A DNA stretch of 64,000 nt, from assembly GCF_018350175.1 (NCBI RefSeq), contig NC_058368.1:4340001-4404000 (forward strand), given 5' to 3'. Origin of the DNA: Felis catus. Lineage: Eukaryota. Under the pieces are notes generated by a model. The model was not told the DNA's origin. It did no database searches and was given only the letters and a program-made list of their open reading frames with translations. Positions 27,301-39,129 of the stretch are shown here, one piece after another. The translations under genes were made by a program, and so were the position numbers. Numbering within the stretch: position 1 is the stretch's first letter; the number at the start of each line of letters is the position of its first letter.

Positions 27301-27712
27301 CTATAAAAAAGCAGCACCTAAGTATTATTATAACTTCGTATAAAAATAGCATGAACTAGCATTATCTTATAATGCTATAATAACAGGAGTTATGTACTGA
27401 CTTTCCTCTTCTCACATCTCCCAAGGTTGAAAGTTCAAGGTGTAATCTTCAAAAGGGCCGGCCCGAAGTGACAGCTTAAGGCTGAAACGAACTGATGGCC
27501 TTCTATTTCCTTCTAAATCTACACGTTACTAAGTTAACCCTTACTCCATATAACAATAGCCAGAACACGTGTTGGAGGCAAGCTGGCCAGTTCAGTCTCC
27601 TCCTTCCCTGAAAGGACTAGAACCCATCTGGTGTGACCTTCGCAGCCCTTCCCTGCTCCAAGGCTGCATGATGCCAACACCCACTCTTCTCTTAAAAATT
27701 CAGGTAAAATTT

Positions 27713-27930
27713 GGGGCGCCTGGGTGGCTCAGTCGGTTGGGCGTCCGACTTCGGCTCGGGTCATGATCTCACACTCCATGAGTTCGAGCCCCGCGTCGGG
27801 CTCTGTGCTGACAGCTCGGAGCCTGGAGCCTGTTTCAGATTCTGTGTCTCCCTCTCTCCCCGCCCCTCCCCCGTTCATGCTGTCTCAAAAATAAATAAAA
27901 ACATTAAAAAAAAATAAAAAACAAAAACAA
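27713..27930 (+). mobile_element. Can-SINE (first unit of the composite insertion)
   Basis: ggggcgcctgggtggctcagtcggttgggcgtccgact...A-rich tail. Confidence 0.96.
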
Positions 27931-28070
27931 ACATATAGGTTAAAACATACAAATAAGTTGAGTGTCTGATTTATTTCTATCTACCCTCTAATTCAGATGC
28001 TAAAAGACTCCAGGGCTATTGCTTAGAAATACGTAAACTGGGTTAAAACTATTAAAAATATAAATATATT

Positions 28071-28293
28071 GGGGCACCCAAGTGGCTCAGTCGATTGAGC
28101 CTCTGACTTCAGCTCAGGTCATGATCTCACAGCCTGTGAGTTCGAGCCCCATGTCGGGCTGTGTGCTGACAGCTCGGAGCCTGGAGCCTGCTTCGGATTC
28201 TGTGTCTCCCTCTCTCTCTGACCCTCCCCTGTTCATGCTCTGTCTCTCTCTGTCTCAAAAATGAATAAACGTTAAAAAAAAAAAATTTTTTTT
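28071..28293 (+). mobile_element. Can-SINE (second unit of the composite insertion)
   Basis: ggggcacccaagtggctcagtcgattgagc...A/T tail, followed by the duplicated target aattcaggtaaaatt. Confidence 0.96.
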
Positions 28294-28493
28294 AATTCAG
28301 GTAAAATTCACACACCATAAAATTCATCCTTTTGAAGTGTACAGTCCAGTGATCTTGAGTATATTCAAAGCTGTGCAACTATCACCACTAACTCCAGAAT
28401 ATTTTTATCACCCCCAAGAGAAACCCCTTACCCATCAACAGTCACTCTGCATTTCTCTCCTCCCCCCGAGCCCCTGGCAACCACCAATCTACT

Positions 28494-28602
28494 TTTTTTT
28501 TTTAAGATTTTATTTTTAAGTAATCTCTACACCCAACAAGGGGCTCGAACTTACAACCCTGAGATCAAAAGCTACTCCACCAACTGAGCCAGCCATGCGC
28601 CC
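28494..28602 (-). mobile_element. Short, older tRNA-derived carnivore SINE with TSD
   Basis: ttttaagtaatctctacacccaacaaggggctcgaacttacaaccctgagatcaa; TSD caccaatctacttt / caccaacctacttt. Confidence 0.85.
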
Positions 28603-28727
28603 CACCAACCTACTTTCCGTACCTATGGACGAGGCTATTCTGGACACTTCATATATATGGAATCATACAATAGTGTTTGTGCTTGGCTTCTTCACGTGGC
28701 ATAATGTTTTCAAGAGTTATTCATGTT

Positions 28728-28916
28728 GGGGAGCGCCTGGGTGGCTGTCGGTTGAGCCTCCGACTCTTGACTTTGGCTCACGTCATGATCTCACGGCTCA
28801 TAAGGTCAAGCCCCGCGTCAGGCTCTGGAGCTGCTTGGGATTCTCTCTCTCTGTCTCTCTGCCCCTCACCTGCGCGTGTTCTCTGTCTCTCTCAAAATAA
28901 ATAAAAATTTTTTTTT
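28728..28916 (+). mobile_element. Can-SINE with TSD
   Basis: TSD agttattcatgtt on both sides. Confidence 0.93.
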
Positions 28917-29556
28917 AAGTTATTCATGTTATAGCATGCGTCAGTGCTTAATTCCTTTTCATGGCCGCATATTTCATGGTATGGATATACAATTCTTGTT
29001 TATCCATTCACCCAAATGTCAACTAAAGGACACCTGGGTTGTTTCCACTTGTAGCTATCATGAATAATGCTGCTGTTAATATCTGCCTACCAATTTTTGT
29101 GTGGACGTGTTTCCAGTACTATTGAGTGTCTAACTAAGAGCAGCATTGCTCAGTTACATGGTAACTCTGTTTAACTCTTTCGGGAACGGCCAAACTGTTT
29201 CCCAAAGTGTCGTACCATTTTATATTCCCACCAGAAGTGTGCAAAGTCCCAATGTCTCTACATCCTTGGTAATACTTATCATTGCCTATCTCCTTTATTA
29301 TATCCATCACAGTGTGAGTAGAGAGTATCTCACTGTGGTTTTGATTTGCATTTTCCTAAGGACCGATGATGTTGGGCATTTGTTGTCTCTTGTCTTTTGG
29401 TTGATAGCCACTCTGACAGGTGTGAGGTGATATCTCCCTGTGGTTTTGATTTGCGTTTCCCTGATAATTACTGATACCAAACAACTTTTCATGTACCTGT
29501 GGGCCATTTGTATGTCTTCTTTGAAAAAAGTCTATTCAGATCCTCTGCCCATCTTT

Positions 29557-29786
29557 TATTTATGAAAAAAAAATTTTTTTTAATGTTTATTTATTTTTGA
29601 GAGACAGAGAGAGAGACAGAGTGCGAGCTGGGAAGGGGCAGAGAGAGAGGGAGACAGAATCTGAAGTGGGCTCCAGGCTCTGAGCCTTCAGCACAGAGCC
29701 CGATGGAGGGCTCGAAGCCATGAACTGTGAGATCATGACCCGAGCCGAAGTCGGACACCCAACCGACTGAGCCACCCCGGCACCCC
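29557..29786 (-). mobile_element. Can-SINE with TSD
   Basis: TSD agatcctctgcccatctttta on both sides. Confidence 0.95.
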
Positions 29787-30340
29787 AAGATCCTCTGCCC
29801 ATCTTTTAATAACATGGTCTTTCTATTGAGTCATAGGAGTTCTTTATATATTTTGGATATTAACCCCTTATCAGATATATGATTTACAAATATTTTCTCC
29901 CATTCTGTAGGTTACCTTTTCATTTTGTTGATGGTCTCCTCATGGTGCAGAAGCTTTTTAGATTAATGTATTCTCACTTACTCCTTTTTGCTTTTGTTGT
30001 TTGTGCTTTGGTGTCAAATAAAAAAATTGTTGCCAAGACCAGTGTCAAGGAGCTTTATCCTGTTTTCTTCTAGGAGTTTTATGATTTCAGTTCCAATATT
30101 TACATCTTTAATCCATTTCAGGTTAATTTCTGTGAGTGCTCTAAGAGGACGGTCCAATTTAACTCTTCTGCATGTGGTTATCCAGCCTTTCCAATATCAC
30201 TTATTCTTTCCTCATTATTGACTCCCTTGTCAAATATTTGTTGACCATATATGTGGAGGTTTATTTCTGGGATCAATTCTGTTCCGTTGGTCTATGTGTT
30301 TGCTGTTATGCCTGTACCATACTGTTATGATTACTACAGC

Positions 30341-30542
30341 TTGTTTGTTTGTTTGTTTGTTTGTTTAGAGAAAGAGAAAGAGCGACTGTGAGCAGAGGGA
30401 GAGGCAGAGGGAGAGAGAGAAACTTGAACATCATCCATGCTCAGCACGAAGCCCGACATGGGGCTTGTTCTCACCGTGAGATCAAGACCTGAGCCAAAAT
30501 CAAGAGCTGGACACTCAATCAACTGAGCCACACAGGTGCCCT
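30341..30542 (-). mobile_element. Can-SINE with TSD
   Basis: (TTTG)n tail; TSD tgattactaca. Confidence 0.92.
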
Positions 30543-31590
30543 GATTACTACATCTTTGTGGTATAGTTTGAAATCAAGACATGTGATGCCTCTGGCTTTG
30601 TTCTTTCTCAGGAAGAACTTTGACTATTTGGGCCATTGGAATTTTTACAGGAATTGCATTAAATCTGTACATGGCCTTGGGTATTTATAGACATTTTAAT
30701 GATATTAATTCTTCTAATCCATTCATATGGTGTATCTTTTCCATTTTTTCTTTGTGCCTTCTTCAATTCCGTTCATCAAGGTTTTGTAGTTTTCAGTATA
30801 TAAATCTTTCACCTCCTTGGTTAAACTTATTCCTAGGTATTTTATTCTTTTTGATGCAATTAGAAATGGGATTATTTTATTAATTTCTTTTAGTTCACTA
30901 TTAGTATATAGAAATGTAATAGATTTTTGTATATTGATTTTGTATCCTGCAACTTTACTGAAGTCATTGATCAGTCTAACTTTTCGTAGTCTAAAGACCG
31001 GCGAGGACTTCTAGTATGTTGAATAAACGTGGTGGGAGTGGGGTATCTTATCTTGCTCCTGAGCTTAGAGAAAAAGCTTTCAGTTTTTCATCAAGTATGA
31101 CATTAGCTGTGGGTTTGTCATACATGGCTTTTATTATGTTGAGCTGCATTCCCTCTATACTCCTCTATACTCAATTTATTGAGAGTTCTTACCATCAAAG
31201 GATATTGAATTTCGTGAAATGCTTTTTCTGCATCTGTTGAAATAATCACATGATTTTTATCCTTCCTCTTGTTAATGTGATTTGTTACACTACTTGATTT
31301 GGGGATGTCAAACCATGCTTGCATCCTGGAATAAATCCCATTTGACTATGGTGTTATGATCCTTTGAATGTACTGGTGAATTCAGTTTGCTGAATTATTA
31401 TTATTATTAATGTTATTTTACTGAGGACTTTTGCATCAATGTTCATCAGGCATAATGGCGTGTAATCTTCTTTCCTTGTGGTGTCCTTGTCTGGCTCTGT
31501 TGTCAGAGTAATGCTGGCCTTAAAGAGTCTAGAGTTTGGAAGTGTTCCCTCCTCTTCTGTTTCTTTGAAGAGTGAGAAGGATTGATATTC

Positions 31591-32990
31591 TTTATTTTTA
31601 ATTGAACTAAAGTTGACATACAATATCATATTAATCTCAGGTTTGCAATATAGGGATTCAATTACAGAATCCTCACCAAGTTACGTATAGTTATCATCTG
31701 TCACCATAAAAAATTATAACATTATTGCCTATATTCCCTGTGCTGTATTTTTCATCCCCTTGACTTACTTTATGACTGGAAGTTTGTATCATCTATTTCA
31801 CTCATTCCTCCCGTCCCTCACCCTTCTGGCAACCACTGGCTTTGATCTCTGTATTTATGAGTCTGTTTCCTTTTGTTTGTTTGCTTGGTTGGTTGTTTTC
31901 CACAGGGGCTGTCCAACTTACGTTCCCACCAGAAATGCACGAGAGCTCCCTCTTCTCCACATCCTCACCAACACTTGTTACTGTTTTTTTGACACTAGCC
32001 ATTCTGACTGGTAGGAGGTGGTATCTTCTTGTGGGTTCGATTTGCATTTCCCTGATGATGAGCGATAGTGAGCACCTTTTCATGTGTTTGTTGGCATTCG
32101 TATGTCTTCTTTGGAACAATGTCTACTCAGGTCCTCCTCTGCCCATTTTTCATTGGATTATTTGCTTTTTTGGTGTTGAGATATATATAAATTCTTTATA
32201 TATTCTGGATATTAACCGCTTATCAGATACATCATTTGCGAATGTCTTCTCCCATTCAGCAGGTTGACTTCATTCTATTGATGGTCTCCTTTGCGGTGCA
32301 AAAACTTTCCAATTTGATGTGGTCCCGATTGTTTATTCTTGCATTTGTTTCCCTTGCTTGAGGAAACAAATCCAGACAAATATTGCTAAGGGTGATGTCC
32401 AAGAGCTTCGGGTGTATGTTTTCCTTTAGGAGTTTTAGGTCTTACATTTAGGCCTTCGATCCATTTTCAGTTCATTTGTGTGTATAAGAAAGTGGTCCAG
32501 GGGCGCCTGGGTGGCTCAGGCTTAAGCAGCCGACTCTTCATTTTAGCTCAGGTCATGATCTCTTGCTTTGTGAGATTGAGCCGCATGTAGGGTTCTGCAC
32601 TGACAGCGCGAAGCCTACTTGGGATTCTCTCTCTCCTGCTCTCTCTGCCCCATGAACACTCTCTCTCTCTCTCTCTCTCTCTCAAAATAAATAAATAAAC
32701 TTAAAAAAAAAGTGGTCCAGTTTTTCCAACACCATTTACTGAAGATTGTCTTTTTCCCATTGTGTATTCTTTTTTCATCATAGTTACATGGCCATATATT
32801 CTTTATGTTCTGATCCATTGATCTTTGTGTCTTTTTTCGGGACCAGTACCAACCGTTTGATCGCCACGGCTTTGTAGCTTGAAATCTGGAAGCTGATACC
32901 TCTAGCTCTGTTCTTCTTTCTCAAGACTGCTCTGGCCATCCAGGCTCTTTTGTGGTTTCATACAAATTAATAGGATTATTTGTTCCGGTT
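31591..32990 (-). mobile_element. L1 (L1MA9/carnivore-like) 3'UTR plus distal ORF2
   Basis: 3' end ttttttaattgaactaaagttgacatacaatatcatatta. Track ORF 31802..32119 ([19 protein letters not shown]) is ORF2-like. Confidence 0.9.
32500..32711 (+). mobile_element. Can-SINE with TSD, inside an L1
   Basis: TSD aaagtggtccag on both sides. Confidence 0.93.
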
Positions 32991-34430
32991 CTACCCCAGC
33001 CCATCTGTTGGCAGCGACAGGCCATGGTTACGGAAGGAGCACTGGTGGGCCGGGCCGGCCCCCAGCAAGGCTGGCTCAGAGCCCCGGCCACAGCTGCTGT
33101 GGGCACGCTGGCAAGAGGGGCCAGCCCCTGGTGCAGCCGGCTGAGAGGCCCGGCCGCAACGGCTGTGGCTGTGCCGGTGGGCAGGCTGGGGGGAGGGCTC
33201 CCCCTCCCCAGGGCAGAGGTCACTTTGGAGAGGCGCCAGTCCTGACTGAGGCGGTCCACCAGGTGTGGCAGGGTGGGAGGCGGGAGGGTCTGAGGTGGCT
33301 GCGGGGCCCTCAGGGTCCTCAGTGGTGCTTCCAGATCCACACTGGCTAGGCACCAAAGCCGGGGGCAGCGGTGGCCCGACCCGGTGGCGTGAACTCCAGG
33401 TCACAGGGAGCAGCCGCAGGTGCCAGTGTGGTCGCGAGGGCCGGACGCGGACACGTGTAGCAGCAGGCGGCAGGGCAGGCAGAAGGGTTGGGGCCGGCTC
33501 TGGGCTCACGGGCAGCTGTGGGGGCCCTGGCCGCTGGCATGCTGCCCCCGGCCGGCCGGTCTCTCCCCGGGCACGTGCACCGCAGTGGAGACTGGTCACG
33601 GGGGCCCGGGGCACGCAGCTGGCGGCCCTGCAGGGGCGGCGACCTGCAGGTGAGCACGATCGATCGCGAGGCCGGTGACAAAAGACAGGGCCCGGTCTAG
33701 GCCTGCGGTAGCTGCGGAGGCCTGGATGTCTCACCCCAGGCAGGTGCGCACAGCGGAGGCTGGCGACGGGTGCCGCACACAGCCGTGGAGGTCGGCGGCG
33801 AGGGTCGGGGCTGGCGTGCTGCCCTCACGTAGCCTCCGAGGCCCAGGCTGGTGGAGTTCTAGGGCTCCAGTCGGGGAGGGAAGGGAGCGGGGAGATTCGG
33901 GCGGCTGGTGTCCACAGACACGAACACCCGTGGGGCAAACGCTGGTGACATCTGCAGGGGGCCCACGTCTGGGCCCTGTCTTGGTGGCAGAATATGCTGG
34001 ATCTGTCTGCAGGGAAGGTCACGGTTACCCACCATCGCTCCGACCGCCTGGCTGCTGTCGGTAGCCCGTTGTCCTTCCTCGGGCCTTGCTGTTTCTACAC
34101 GCCTCGGTTTTGCCAGCGTAGGTGGGGCGCACCTGACGCGTGACCCTCGTGTGGTGCCCCTCGAGGCGGAGGAAGCGGGCCGTTCACACAGCTCTTGCTT
34201 CTCGAGTGTGGCTGGGGAGCTCCCCGCGGGCGCTGAGCGATGCCCGCAAAGCCAAGCCGTCTTCCTTCTCTTCGGAGGCGATTCTTCTCAGGGCCCTTTT
34301 GTTCCACTGCGTTGCCAAACATTCTTAAGTGGACTCCAAGCCTTTCCCAGGTCCGTTTGTGTTTGTGGGCAGCTATCTAATTGCTGAGATTTGTCTCTTA
34401 CGCGGCCGGTCGGGCGAGGTCACTCCTGGA
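32991..34430 (-). mobile_element. GC/CpG-rich segment, probably the 5'UTR of an old L1 (L1M2/L1MA-type), CpG-island-like
   Basis: The right end on minus (caattagatagctgcccacaaacacaaacggacctgggaaaggcttggagtccacttaagaa) resembles recalled L1M2/MA 5'-end sequence. It has the same orientation as, and is contiguous with, the adjacent L1 ORF2. No recognisable protein in any frame. Confidence 0.6.
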
Positions 34431-34439
34431 ATTCTACAG

Positions 34440-35215
34440 CCTTGATAACTGCAGATTTTGTAGCAAGTTTGGAAACTGGGAAGGGTGAGCCCTCTGACTT
34501 TTCTCTTCTTTTTCAAGATCGTTTTGGCTCTTCTGGATCCTCTGCATTTCAGTATGATTTTTTTTTTTTTTTACCAGCTTTCAGTCTTGGCACCAAAAAA
34601 AAAAAAAAGAGGCAGTTGAGATTTCACGATTGTTTTGAATCTGTAGACCAATTTGGGGATTACTGCGTTCATGATGAGTCTTCCAGTCCATGAATGGGAG
34701 ACGTCTTTCCATTTCTTTTGGGCTTCTTTAACTTCTTTCAATAATGTTTTACGGTTTACAGTACACAAATGTTGAACATTTTTGTTAAGTTCACTCCTGA
34801 GTTCTTTATTCTTTTCGATGCTATTACAAATGGAATTCTTTTCTTCATTTAATTTTGGACTGTCTGTTGCTAGAGTATAGAAATACAGTTGAGTTTCATT
34901 ATTACTCTTCTATCCTGCAACCTTGTTGAACCTGTTTATTCGCTCGAATAGTTTTTTATGGATTCCTTGGGATTTTCTACATACAAGCTCATGTCATTTG
35001 CAACAGAAGTAATTTTATTTCCTCCTTTCCAGCCCGAATGCCTTTTATTCCTTCTTCTTGCCTAACTGCTCTGGCCAAAACCTCTAGTATAACATTCAAT
35101 AGAAGTGGTGATGGCAGCCAGTACTGTCCTGTTCCTGTCTTAGGAGAAAGCTTTCAGACTTTCAGCACTGACTGTGAACTGTGGGTTTTTCCTAGATGCT
35201 TTTGTTCTGGTTGAG
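34440..35215 (-). mobile_element. L1 ORF2 fragment (L1MB-like)
   Basis: Track ORF 34571..34768 (KTLLKEVKEAQKKWKDVSHSWTGRL) is ORF2-like. Confidence 0.88.
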
Positions 35216-36582
35216 GATCAGCTCTGCCTCGTGATTCCTCATCTCCCGTTACCTTCGATATACCCTCAGGTCCTGAAAATTTGTATCTCAATAGATTTCT
35301 TGTATTTCTTCCCTTATGCAGATGTCTAACATCAATGCCTGGATTTAGACCTTTATCATCTTCTGCCTATTCTGTAAGACCTTTAAGGCAGGAGCTATGT
35401 GCACGTGTGTGTACATACACATATACATACACTGACAAAAAGAATCACATTTGTTAAACAAGATCAAGGTGCTATGAAAAAGCAGCAGCAGCTACTGGGA
35501 ATAAAACCCTAATTGTGAAAAGCAAAAAACAAAGCTAACACTAAAATAACAGTAGTGAAAAAGGTAGCAAGGAAAAAAAACTGCAAAGTAATCTCCCAGA
35601 ATGGAACACAGAGCAAACGCTGAATAGGAATAACTGAAGGAAGGAAGGAAGGAAGGGAGAAGCCGGACAGAGGGGCTTCAGTTTGATACTTCAAGTAACG
35701 GTCCCAAATGAAACAACTAAAATGCTGGGTAAAAGATATTAATGAAAAGATCTGTGAATGCACTGCTGAGGCAGGAGACAGTGAAATGTTATCGAAATGA
35801 TCAAGGAGATCATTTTTACAAATAAAAATGCATGTTTTTCAGTATCTGGTAAAATCCACGATATGTTTTGTATTTGTTCGCATCTATTACTACCCCTGCC
35901 TTCAATGTTTCTGCCCTCCAACCCACGCTCGATACTGAAACCTTCACTCTCCCCTATAGCTGATCCCTGCCTGTGTCACTACTCTGCTTACAAACTTCAA
36001 ACCTCCAGGGTCTCCCCTTTCCCTCCAGGATCATGTATAAGCCTCGGTGCAGACACACAGGACTCCTTAGTGTTTGATCCTAGTTTCATTTTCAACACCC
36101 AGCCCCCAGCCCCTGCTCCCATGCCTCCCATGCCTGTCGTCAGGCAACCCGAGACAAGCATATTCCCTCACCATCCTCTGTCCCCATCATGCTTCCCCTG
36201 TCCCCCTCTCCCTCCCCGCTACACTGCTTTAACCTGAGGTAGAACCTGACTTGGAGTGAACTAAGCAGAGATAAAATGCCATTTCTGACGCCAGGAGGCA
36301 CGATTAAACACCTCTGTGTCTGTAACAGAGTTCTCACAGCATCACAATGCATCATTTTTCACACTAGCTTATTTATACATACCCTTCTTCCCCAAAGACG
36401 ATGTCTGTCAAATGAATTAACCCCCGTGAGGAGAGATGATACTGTTGGGATTAAATAGGAGCTGTAGTTTTATTTCTCAGTAATTTAGTTGCAAAATCTC
36501 TCTTGCTAAGAAAGGTTTTATGGTTGATTTGGAAAAGGAGGGTAGAAGAGGCAAAAAAGGGGGGGGCAAGATAAATGAACGT

Positions 36583-36845
36583 GGTGTTTCTCAAACTGTG
36601 GGGCCCTTATCTACTAGTGGTTTGTGAAACCAACAGAGTAGGTTGTGACCAGTATTTAAAAAGTGAAAATGCAGAACAGAAAATACTGGACCACCATGCA
36701 CATAGTTAGGATAACTTTTAGTCCGTGGTACTTTGCTTCACTTTTACACACACACACCCCTAAACGTACATACATATATTTGTATCATCATCATAATACA
36801 ATGCATTCCTTCCTGTGGGCTTGGTCAAAATGCTTGAAAGTCAAC
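36583..36845. mobile_element. hAT-Charlie-type DNA transposon relic
   Basis: Ends ggtgtttctcaaactgtggg ... aaatgcttgaaagtcaacac resemble Charlie termini. Confidence 0.55.
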
Positions 36846-37269
36846 ACGTTAATGGTTCAAGGACGCAGGTAAGGAAACCAGCACTACTCTAAGCAGAGAG
36901 AGAAGCCAAGGATACGCCAGCAGATGAGAAAGCTTAAGATGGGTGCTTTCACAGCCTATGCTAGATTTTACCTGCAGGGAAGTAGTTTATGAAGAGATAA
37001 ATCACCTCTGTGCCTCTCTGCACTTAGCACTTTGATGTGTTTTCTAACATTATGTGTAATCAGGACGCAGGCTCTCAAATGATGTGCCAGTCTCTACTGA
37101 CTCTGCTTCTATCAGTCCTGTGTTCACGGAGCTCGTGAACTCTGCTTATCATCTACACAGAACAAAAGGAGTCGTAGGCTGTAGATTAAAATTATGAACT
37201 GCTTTTAGCTAACCACTCTGAGATGTCCCACCCTGAGAAAGAAAAGACAATAAGCTTCAGAGGTACTCA

Positions 37270-37485
37270 TCACGAGCAAATACAGGATGTCGAAGTAATT
37301 CACGACACGGAATAAACAGCACGGTGTCAGTACTCGTTTCTTGGATCCAACCGTGTGCACTCTGGTTATGGGGGATACCGTCCCTGGGGAAGCTGGCTGG
37401 AGGGCACATGAGAACTATGTTTGCCACTCACGAATATGTGGAATGAATATTATGAAGTTTTAATTCAAAATAAGAGGTTATTAAA
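37270..37485 (+). mobile_element. Old L1 (MC/ME) 3' fragment
   Basis: gcactctggttatgggggataccgtccctggggaagctggctggagggcacatgagaacta. Confidence 0.65.
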
Positions 37486-38504
37486 CATAATTAGGATTAA
37501 AGTGCCCTGTGGATTCTTGGGATCGGTACCAGCAGACTAATCTGAGATAACTCCACCACGGTGACTGTGCTGATTCCTCACGATGGAGACAAACCCGCTC
37601 ACGGCTGAATTCTCTTATTTAAAACGAGCCAGCTCAGCAGCGTCTAGCATTACTCTACTCATTTGCAATACTGTGCCTTTCTAAACTGTGGCCATCTATT
37701 ATTCTCCAAAATCTTTTTGTATATTTCTTTGTTCACTTTAATTTAATCTCAACATAGGACTGGCTGAACATTTCGGAGAATATACTAAGTTTTAAGAGGG
37801 AAAACAGGTTGCAAAAAGTGGTTGTGAAACAAATGTAAACTACCGTTTGATTTATAGACCTCCACCGCTCCGTTTAAAGGACTTAGCAGTGGGGAAGGGT
37901 TGTTTAGACTGTACTTGGGCTTAAGTGGAAAAAAGTTATTGCTGAAATTGTATAAATCATCTCAAATATTGTTTGATTTTAGCTTTTAAGAGTCTGAGTT
38001 TTCCTAAGTGTGCCGAGAAAGTTTGGTTGAGGTTTCACTCTCCATAAATCAGCAAGTATTTCAAAGCCTCCCCGAGACACATAAAAATATACACGTGTAA
38101 AAAGAATGACTACACCGTCAGTAAGTTAAGGATCTGAAAATAACACATATTAAAGCGAGCCAACGAGCTGGGTCCTCGCTTCTGTCATTATTAAATACAT
38201 AAAGAGGTGGAAAAGACACCAAGATAAGCTATTCTCACACGTCAATAACCACATATGGGCATGGAGAGCAGCTAGAAGGGCGCAAAGCCACCATAGCGCT
38301 ACTCAAGCAGCCAGCCGCGCCTTACCTCGGGGGGCCTCCGGCTGTCTTTCGGGAATAGGGATCACCCTCAAAAGTCACTGACAAAAGAAGGTGGCCCACA
38401 CACGAGATTCCCATCTATTTTTATCTGTTACCCATCCTACATGCAAGTGATGCGATTTTCTTCCTCAAATGCCATTTTTGATCATTTAAATCCCTCCTTT
38501 TGAA

Positions 38505-38676
38505 TAAAAAAGCCAACGCAGGGAACGCGGTCGATGGTACTGTCGTAGTGTCATATGGTGACAGGAGCTACACTTGTGATGAGAACAGGGTCACGTACAA
38601 ACGCGTCAAATCACTGTGTTGTCGTATACCCGAAACTAACGTAACATTCTGTGTCAACTACATCCAAATTTTAAAA
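38505..38676 (+). mobile_element. L1 3'-end fragment
   Basis: gcagggaacgcggtcgatggtactgtcgtagtgtcatatggtgacagg..cccgaaactaacgtaacattctgtgtcaacta. Confidence 0.8.
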
Positions 38677-38714
38677 AATGTCCCCTTTCAGTGATCACTT
38701 ACTACACTCACAAT

Positions 38715-38850
38715 ACTAATAATGTTTAACATCTGTTTTGCATTTACTATGTGCCGGGCATTGGGCTAAGTGCTTTTGACAAATATTCTCTCACTCTTAC
38801 GATAACCATAGTGGGTTCGATATCACCATCTTACAGATGAAGATCTGATG
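38715..38850 (-). mobile_element. MIR fragment
   Basis: gcatttactatgtgccgggcattgggctaagtgcttt..catcttacagatgaaga. Confidence 0.75.
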
Positions 38851-39129
38851 CTTAAGCCTGGCTCTAGGCCATCTGATCCTGAAGCCTCGCACCCACCTTA
38901 TTCCTGCACCGTCTCCCAGGCAGAGTCAACCTGGCCCTCCACGGGGGAGACGCCTTCACTCAGACTCCTTCCCCTACACAGAACCTCAGCTGCGGACCTC
39001 CTACTTCCTCACGGAACCTTCTCACTCCCACCTTTGTAATCTGAAGATGTGACTATCCTGGAGTATTCTTTTCTCTGGCCCTCACACGCTCTGGGCCTCT
39101 TTCAAATCACAGGTGAAACCTAAAACATT

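Larger units (their letters stand above)
28294..31590 (-). mobile_element. Nested antisense L1 fragments (L1MB-like 3' end plus ORF2 pieces), interrupted by SINEs
   Basis: caggtaaaattcacacaccataaaattcatcc..tgtgcaactatcaccacta is an L1MB 3' end. Track ORFs 29307..29507, 31118..31324 and 31354..31629 (minus) translate to ORF2-like peptides ([34 protein letters not shown]). Confidence 0.9.

Noticed and set aside
27713..27790. tRNA-like A/B-box sequences at SINE heads
   Set aside because: These are the tRNA-derived heads of Can-SINEs, not tRNA genes.
32921..34387. Cluster of long overlapping ORFs (up to 247 aa) suggesting a gene or processed pseudogene
   Set aside because: Low-complexity P/A/G/R-rich frames on both strands are expected from high GC. 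No recognisable protein, poly(A) or TSD; better explained as an L1 5'UTR.
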